Below, in pieces: positions 7,360 through 13,113 of a stretch of 32,000 nucleotides of DNA (position 1 is the stretch's first letter; each line of letters opens with the position of its first letter). The notes beneath the pieces are model-generated. The model made no database searches, was not told the DNA's origin, and saw only the letters and a program-made list of their open reading frames with translations. The DNA is from Candidatus Micrarchaeota archaeon (lineage in GTDB: Archaea; Micrarchaeota; Micrarchaeia; Micrarchaeales; CABMGC01): positions 1 through 32,000 of the forward strand of contig DAHVAM010000003.1 in the NCBI GenBank assembly GCA_027314605.1, written 5' to 3'. A program made the translations under genes and the position numbers.

Positions 7360-7926
7360 CTACACCTGCCTGCCAAAAAACTTCGGGAACTCCTTCTCCA
7401 GCTCCTCCTTCGTAGCTGCGGTGAAGTGGCACCTGCTGTCCCCTAGAGCTATGCACTCCGATTCTATGCACTCCATCTCCCTTCCAAACACGACGCTCGC
7501 TCCCCCTGCTATGAATCCCCTGAAGATGTGGTCGCACGGCGCATCAACCTTGCCTTTGAGGTAGTCGCTGACCAGGCAGTCCCACATGTTCATCAGTATC
7601 TTGTGGTTCTTCTCGTCGATCATCTCATACCTGTAGACTCCCCACCCGGCGAAGCTGGCTATGTTGCTGAGCAGCGAGAGAAGGTCTTTTCTCGAGGTCG
7701 GGCCGTGCGACTTCATCGTGTTATAGACGAATCCCTTGAGCATGCACTCCTTCCCGGTCCTGTAAAGCTCCTTTGTCCCCTCTGTGTCTTTTAAAAGATC
7801 TGCTGTGTAGAACGCAGCAAGCTCCATCGGAAATAGGAGGAGCCTCTGGTTTTCGAGCATCTCCACCCTTCCTTCCTTGAATGAGACCTGCCTTGCGAGC
7901 ATGAGCTTATCGAAGAAGGAGCTCAA
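7360..7926 (-). CDS. XylR_N-like + V4R domain protein, type B (copy B2)
   Basis: 'FDKLMLARQVSFKEGRVEMLENQRLLLF' and 'APCDHIFRGFIAGG...EMECIESECIALGDSRCHFTA'. The TTG start lies 12 nt after the KaiC3 stop, with AGGTG in between. Confidence 0.75.
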   Translation of the reverse strand: MSSFFDKLMLARQVSFKEGRVEMLENQRLLLFPMELAAFYTADLLKDTEGTKELYRTGKECMLKGFVYNTMKSHGPTSRKDLLSLLSNIASFAGWGVYRYEMIDEKNHKILMNMWDCLVSDYLKGKVDAPCDHIFRGFIAGGASVVFGREMECIESECIALGDSRCHFTAATKEELEKEFPKFFGRQV

Positions 7927-7938
7927 GCGCCAGCACCT

Positions 7939-8754
7939 TTATACATAGACCTCCTCCGCCGGCTTTATCTTTATGCCGTCCTTGTTTATCTCGAGGTCGT
8001 GGATGTATGGGCTGTTGTTCGTGTTCCTCATCTTGAGCACCGCAAGCGTCCTGGCCCTCTTGGCCCCTATCAATTGGTTGTACGTGACTATGACTCCGTC
8101 GCAGACGTATTCGCTGACTCCGTCTACAGTGAAGTGTTCTCCTTCTATCTTCTCATCTGTTATGATTATGTTTGTCGTGCCGAGCTTGGAGAGCTCGTTT
8201 ATCACGAGGTAAGTTATGCGCTTTGCCGATCCGCCCTTGTAGAACGCCCTGTCCTTCTCGCTTGTAGCAGGCAGAACCGAGTACCTGAGCTTGTTGTACC
8301 TCTCGACAGTCTCCTGCTCCTTCTCGTCAGCCAGAGGCCCTCCCACTGGGGACAGCGGCACCACGAACTGGTCAACGTTGATCGCGAAGTCGACCAGGCT
8401 GTCGAAGACAAGGCGCGTTGCGCCTGATGCCTTTACCTCGTCCACAAGTATGTCGAATAGGTTTATCTTGGGCTTGTCCAGCGGCACGCGCAGGAACGAG
8501 AGCATGCCCTTGCTTTCCAGGCCGTCGACATTCCAGCCGAATCTCCTCCCCTGGCTCTTCACCATCTCGTTCGAGCTGTCGAGCGAGACGTACAGGCCTT
8601 TCTCCCCTAGGTTCGCGCCGTTCACGAGGTACTGCAATCCGAAGATGGTCTTGCCTGCGCCTGGCTGGCCCACAAGCAGGACGTTGTATCCTTTAGGTAT
8701 TCCTCCCTCCACAAGGTCGTCGAACCCTGGTACGCCTGTCTTTACTCTTTCCAC
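7939..8754 (-). CDS. KaiC-like single-domain RecA-superfamily ATPase (paralogue 3), first gene of the V4R operon
   Basis: '[44 protein letters not shown]', 'RLVFDSL', '[13 protein letters not shown]...LKMRNT'. GTG start at 8754. Confidence 0.85.
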   Translation of the reverse strand: [271 protein letters not shown]

Positions 8755-8837
8755 GCCGGCTATTAAATCAAACCCTATCTGAATAACTAAAAAAGCCTTA
8801 TATAGTTATCTGCCTCAGAATATAACTTCGGATTGAT

Positions 8838-9083
8838 ATGGCAAAGAAGAAGGCCGGAAGGGGGAAATCCGGGGACAGGCTCAGGGCGCTGATGCGAACA
8901 CAGGAGATAAACGAATTGCTCTCAAAGAGCATAACAGAGAGCGAGGCGCTGCAGAACTCAGGGGATGACAGGCCTGTTTATGAGTCTCACGTGACCGACC
9001 TTCTTGCAAACCAGGGAGGTGCAAGAACCTCAAGCACATCGGGCAAAGGGGCAAAGAAGCCTTCCAGAAAAGGAAGGAAATAA
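8838..9083 (+). CDS. Small (81 aa) protein with Lys/Arg-rich termini, function unknown
   Basis: ATG start with 'CTTATATAG' TATA-like element at 8797-8805. Basic N-terminus (MAKKKAGRGKSG) and C-terminus (GKGAKKPSRKGRK). No recognisable domain. Confidence 0.45.
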   Translation: MAKKKAGRGKSGDRLRALMRTQEINELLSKSITESEALQNSGDDRPVYESHVTDLLANQGGARTSSTSGKGAKKPSRKGRK

Positions 9084-9112
9084 GCGAAAAGCTTCGCCAT
9101 GGACTGGGCCAC

Positions 9113-9131
9113 AGGCCGGTAATCGGCCTTT
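9113..9131 (+). terminator. Hairpin AGGCCG-GTAAT-CGGCCT followed by a short T-run, downstream of the small basic ORF
   Basis: Perfect 6-bp stem read directly, 30 nt after the stop at 9083. Only ~3 T residues follow, so this is a weak call. Confidence 0.25.
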
Positions 9132-9501
9132 ACTATAATCCAAACGGCAGTTTCTCGATAACCGCAACGGCGGATGGACTCCACGGCGGAGCCAGGCTCA
9201 TCACATCTCTCTTTGCTCTGCAATATCCTATGCCTCTCCGCATCACACTTTCTATGACGGCGGTTAGCTCTCATTCCTCCTCTAACCGGAGCCCTATGGC
9301 AGGGGCGCGGGGTTTCCAGCCCACGACGTTAAGCCTTGCGCTCGTCTGGCCGAAAGAAATCCTGCAGGCAAACAGTCGAGCCATTTCGTCCAAAATCAAT
9401 ATATATCATATTCCTTGAAACTATTCTTACCACCGAGGTTAGGCGATGCCGGACCAACACGAAAGCGAAGAACCGAGCCATCACAGCAGATTCAATGCAG
9501 G

Positions 9502-9810
9502 ATGGCATACGCAGATCTCGTTAGCATCGGCAGGATAATCAGAAAGGCTCTCACATACAACCAGTTGCTGCTCCTATATGAAGCGAGAACAAGCAGGGAG
9601 AACCTGACGCAATTCCTATCGAGGGTATCTGATTATAACTGCATACCACTGTCCACCCTGAAGAGCAGCGTAAAGGTCCTTAAGTCGATGGGGCTCCTCT
9701 CCTACGATGCGGCTCTTGGCGAGATCAGGGTAACAGGATCAGGAGAATTCCTTTTGTCGCTTCTCTCAAAATCCCGTCAAGGCAACAGTCCGGACGGTAG
9801 TAATGGCTGA
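9502..9810 (+). CDS. Winged-helix (MarR/TrmB-like) putative DNA-binding protein
   Basis: 'IPLSTLKSSVKVLKSMGLLSYDAALGEIRVTGSGEFLL' looks like a recognition helix plus wing. Start trimmed to the first ATG (9502); the ORF-track start 9415 is a TTG. It overlaps the downstream HisG-like gene by 8 nt. Confidence 0.5.
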   Translation: MAYADLVSIGRIIRKALTYNQLLLLYEARTSRENLTQFLSRVSDYNCIPLSTLKSSVKVLKSMGLLSYDAALGEIRVTGSGEFLLSLLSKSRQGNSPDGSNG

Positions 9811-10459
9811 TATTATGTCCAACGATACGCTAATTGCAATTCCAAACAAGGGCAGATTACGGCCTACTGCCATGAGATTCTTGAAAAGTTGCGGGATAGC
9901 GCCTCTGGGCAGGCAAGGCGAAAGGAAAATGGCACTCGATACAAATATTCCTGGAATCAAGCTATTATGTCGAAGAGCCGCAGACATACCTGAATGCATG
10001 GGGGCAGAAACAGCTATTGGAACAATACGCTTCGGGATAACCGGCCTGGACTGGGTTAAGGAATCCGGGCTGCCTCTAGCTGCGTCGCTGCTAAACTGGT
10101 ACCCAAGCCAATCCATCCCTGCAATGGCCATCATAACGCGAAACGATGCGAACAAGTGTCTGCGCGGTAAGGTATCGGTAATTACACAATATCCTAACAT
10201 CGCCATGAAGTTTGCAGCAGAGAATAATCTGGAATTCGATATCAAAACGAAGCAGGGGGCGCTGGAATCGTTTCTTATAACTAGAGAATGCGACGCAATA
10301 AACGACATAGTACAGACTGGAACAACAATAACGGACAATAACCTGAAAATCGTACGCCCGATAATGGATGTCTATCCTGTCCTAGTGGCTTCTCCCGAAC
10401 TTAATATTCTGCCAGAGCAACTCAAAAATGCCCTTAAGATGCTGGCACGAAATGGCTGA
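9803..10459 (+). CDS. hisG: ATP phosphoribosyltransferase-like protein, short form (HisG-like)
   Basis: 'LIAIPNKGRLRP', 'RAADIPECMG', 'GITGLDWVKE' and the PRPP-loop-like 'INDIVQTGTTITDNNLKIV'. At 218 aa it lacks the C-terminal regulatory domain of long-form HisG. Confidence 0.6.
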   Translation: MADIMSNDTLIAIPNKGRLRPTAMRFLKSCGIAPLGRQGERKMALDTNIPGIKLLCRRAADIPECMGAETAIGTIRFGITGLDWVKESGLPLAASLLNWYPSQSIPAMAIITRNDANKCLRGKVSVITQYPNIAMKFAAENNLEFDIKTKQGALESFLITRECDAINDIVQTGTTITDNNLKIVRPIMDVYPVLVASPELNILPEQLKNALKMLARNG

Positions 10460-10478
10460 GGCCAGCCATTCAGCCTGA

Positions 10479-11720
10479 TTAAATCAGGTCTAGCTCCTCC
10501 TTTTTTTCGTCCTTCTTCCTTGGCCTGTCTCCTTTCTTGCCTGCAGACAGCCTGACACCATCATTCGGATCTCTTGTTATAGTGATGTCAAGGTCCTCGC
10601 TTCCGAGCATGTGCCTCAATTCTTCGTAAGTGTATGCGCCGATGTCCTTTGCCCCTTCCTTCTCCTTGCTCTTGAGTATCTCAGCCCTCCTCTGCATGAC
10701 AAAGTCTTTCTTTATCTCCGTGTAGGCGATGCCGAGTTTCGGCTTCTCCGCGCCGTAGACATCATCCATTCCCAGCTCGATCGGCTTGTAGCCCTCTCCC
10801 TGGTAGACGAACGGGAGCACCGCGTTGAACTCATTCGTAAGCGTTGCGACAGTCTTTTCGACCATCTGCCTGTCTCCCCCGATCACGAAGTCGTTTCCGT
10901 TGAGGAATCCCACGAAGGCATTGCTCTTGCTCTCCTTCACTTTGTCTTGGAGCAGCTGCGAGACAAGCCTCAGTATTGTTATGCCTGACTGGTTTCCGAA
11001 CCTGGCCGCGAAGCCTGCAAGCCCTTCAACTCCTATCCTTCCCATCTCGTAATCCTTGTGCGTCTCCCTGAGCGCAGCCTCCACTGCGTCCGATATCCTC
11101 TCCTCGTTTGGCAAGTCGATCAGGGGATCGAACTTCTTTCCCTTCTTTCTCAGGAATATAGTGACAAGGCTCTTCAGTTCAGCCGGGTCGAACGGCTTCT
11201 TTATGTAATAGTCCGCGCCGTTCTTTATTCCCTTGAATCTGTTTGATGTGGCGTCCATTGCGCTCACAATTATGACCACTGTGTCCCTGAGGTTCGGGTC
11301 CATCTTGATGTTCTGGCAGATCTCAAGCCCGTCCATTCCCGGCATCATGAGATCCAAAACAACCAGATCCGGCTTTTCATACCTTATCCTCTTCAGGCCT
11401 TCAGCGCCGTCATAAACCTGGGCTATGTCAAATCCCCTGCCGATAGAAAGCGCCATCAGCTTGTTTATGTTCTTGTCGTCCTCGACTATCATTATCCTGT
11501 TGAACATTGGCTTGTCCTGGAGAATGTAGTAAGTGAGGATGCCTCCGCTGTTCCTGGGCGCTATGGCATGCGCCTTCTCCAAGACGTCAAGGCTTTTCTT
11601 CAGCAGCTCCTCGTCTATCTCGTGCGCAGATGCAAAGCTCTTGAGCTCTCCGTATGTTATCTCCTGCCGTTCGTTCACAACGGAGACGACGTCTGCTTCC
11701 GCATCCTCAAGGCTCTTCAT
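10479..11720 (-). CDS. Response regulator: N-terminal wHTH-like + REC + degenerate GGDEF-like domain + Lys/Glu-rich tail
   Basis: REC: 'RIMIVEDDKNI...PDLVVLDLMMPGMDGLEICQNIK...IIVSAMD...GADYYIKKPFDPAEL'. GGDEF-like: 'DPLIDLPNEE...IGVEGLAGFAARFGNQSGITILRLVSQLL...AFVGFLNGNDFVIGG'. Start trimmed to ATG 11720; 11753 is a TTG. Confidence 0.8.
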   Translation of the reverse strand: MKSLEDAEADVVSVVNERQEITYGELKSFASAHEIDEELLKKSLDVLEKAHAIAPRNSGGILTYYILQDKPMFNRIMIVEDDKNINKLMALSIGRGFDIAQVYDGAEGLKRIRYEKPDLVVLDLMMPGMDGLEICQNIKMDPNLRDTVVIIVSAMDATSNRFKGIKNGADYYIKKPFDPAELKSLVTIFLRKKGKKFDPLIDLPNEERISDAVEAALRETHKDYEMGRIGVEGLAGFAARFGNQSGITILRLVSQLLQDKVKESKSNAFVGFLNGNDFVIGGDRQMVEKTVATLTNEFNAVLPFVYQGEGYKPIELGMDDVYGAEKPKLGIAYTEIKKDFVMQRRAEILKSKEKEGAKDIGAYTYEELRHMLGSEDLDITITRDPNDGVRLSAGKKGDRPRKKDEKKEELDLI

Positions 11721-11817
11721 TGAATCAATCAATACAACACATCTGCAGAACAAAATATATGTCTTTCATATGCGGTTGTATAAAACAATCCAAAGAATCG
11801 GCAAGCAATCTGTCCTT

Positions 11818-11833
11818 CGCTGCCTTGGCAGCG
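11818..11833. promoter_or_regulatory. Inverted repeat CGCTGCC-TT-GGCAGCG just upstream of the surface-protein TATA box
   Basis: 7-bp perfect arms read directly at 11818-11824 and 11827-11833. The TATA-like element at 11842-11854 follows 8 nt later. Confidence 0.3.
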
Positions 11834-11841
11834 GCGAAATG

Positions 11842-11854
11842 TATTTAAGTATAA
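11842..11854 (+). promoter_or_regulatory. TATA-box-like element for the 11873 gene
   Basis: 'TATTTAAGTATAA' is centred ~25 nt upstream of ATG 11873, consistent with a leaderless mRNA. Confidence 0.4.
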
Positions 11855-11872
11855 TTCTTTCATAGCTAACCT

Positions 11873-12973
11873 ATGGACGACCAATTTCAGCAGGACGGCG
11901 GCTTTCAGCGCAGCGGAGGCGCAAGCGACCGTCATTTCAGGCCCCATCACAGGAGGAGGCATCTCGGGCCGGCCCTTAAGACAGCCGCACTGATAGTGGC
12001 AATAGTGCTGATAATCAGCTTCCTTGCGCTGCAGTGGCACGGGATTCCAACGCTTACGTCCAACCAGACATTCTCAGTGTTAAACGGCCAGAGCGTCTAC
12101 TTCAAGCTCAAGGGCTCGTCCGATACGTATACTCTCTTCCTGGAGAACTCATCAAGCGCATACGCGATAATCTACATAAGCAAGGTGCCTGTCCTGACAA
12201 ATCCGATAGTCACATTCGGCCTGGTTGACGGGCAGTCGGTCAACATAAGCTCATCAGGCTCCTCAGTCGCCAACCTTCAGGCAAGGCTGCTCTCCAGCAC
12301 GACAAAATCCGCAAGCATAGAGCTCACATCGATACCAAGCCTCTTCACGATCGCGCCAAGCTCTGGAATAGTCGTAAGGAACCCGGCGTCGTTCTACAGC
12401 TCATCCAACCTGACAGCGCAGCAGGTCGTTCCGCCGCCTGCCACCACTACAAGCGGAAGCTCGAACAAGACAAAGGCCACGGCGACCAACACGACAAAGA
12501 CGGCGGCCAACACGACAACGACACAGAAGTCCTCGGCGCCATCGGCATTGGAGAATGCCTCGTCAATACTGAATTCGACTTACATAGGCACGCTGATGAA
12601 CGAGTACAACGCGCTATACATAAAGGACAGGGCATGCACCTCCCAGGTATACGGCACAGACCTGCAGACGTATGCCCACCAGGCGCCTGTTGGTCCATTC
12701 GACTTTGCAAACGCAAGCTCGACCACCCCCACCGGATTGGCGGTCAACGCCACAACCCTGGGCAAGAACAACTATCGCATAACCTATTCTGCGCAGACGC
12801 CTTCAACGTTCTATTCCGGAATAGCTGTCTCATTCAACCTGAGCACGATAACCGGCGTTGTCACCGGACTGGCTTTCAAGGGCGTCTATCTTGACCAGAA
12901 CTACACGTCGCTCAACAACAACTACGAGTTCCAGAACGGAATCTCTGGAGCCTGCGGCGCCTACATACCATAA
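11873..12973 (+). CDS. N-terminally membrane-anchored, sequon-rich, Thr/Ser-rich probable surface glycoprotein
   Basis: A basic cytoplasmic N-terminus is followed by the TM segment 'AALIVAIVLIISFLALQW'. Many N-x-S/T sequons (NQT, NSS, NIS, NLT, NKT, NTT x2, NAS x2, NST, NAT, NLS, NYT). T-rich linker 'TTTSGSSNKTKATATNTTKTAANTTTTQKSS'. Confidence 0.65.
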   Translation: MDDQFQQDGGFQRSGGASDRHFRPHHRRRHLGPALKTAALIVAIVLIISFLALQWHGIPTLTSNQTFSVLNGQSVYFKLKGSSDTYTLFLENSSSAYAIIYISKVPVLTNPIVTFGLVDGQSVNISSSGSSVANLQARLLSSTTKSASIELTSIPSLFTIAPSSGIVVRNPASFYSSSNLTAQQVVPPPATTTSGSSNKTKATATNTTKTAANTTTTQKSSAPSALENASSILNSTYIGTLMNEYNALYIKDRACTSQVYGTDLQTYAHQAPVGPFDFANASSTTPTGLAVNATTLGKNNYRITYSAQTPSTFYSGIAVSFNLSTITGVVTGLAFKGVYLDQNYTSLNNNYEFQNGISGACGAYIP

Positions 12974-12985
12974 CGGTGAGATCCT

Positions 12986-13010
12986 CCCGCGACTGGAGGC
13001 CGCGGGTTTT
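12986..13010 (+). terminator. Hairpin CCCGCG-N9-CGCGGG followed by TTTT
   Basis: Read directly, 13 nt after the stop at 12973. The oligo-T tract is consistent with archaeal termination. Confidence 0.35.
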
Positions 13011-13113
13011 CCGGCTAAGCGATTATAAGAGGAGCTACGGTCTCCTGCGCCCAGGATGCGAGACCCGCAGTCAGTAATCCGCTTCCTGCGCACATGTCTG
13101 TCTCTACGATTGG

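Noticed and set aside
9084-9501. SRP (7S) RNA or RNase P RNA in the large non-coding gap
   Set aside because: I searched both strands by eye. For SRP helix 8 I looked for the GGAAGG(G/A)AGCA-type motif. For RNase P I looked for GAGGAAAGUCC and ACAGAA...GGCUUA in the correct order. 'AAGGCTTAAC' and 'GGAGTCC' occur on the minus strand but in the wrong order and context. The region is reported only as an unassigned candidate ncRNA.
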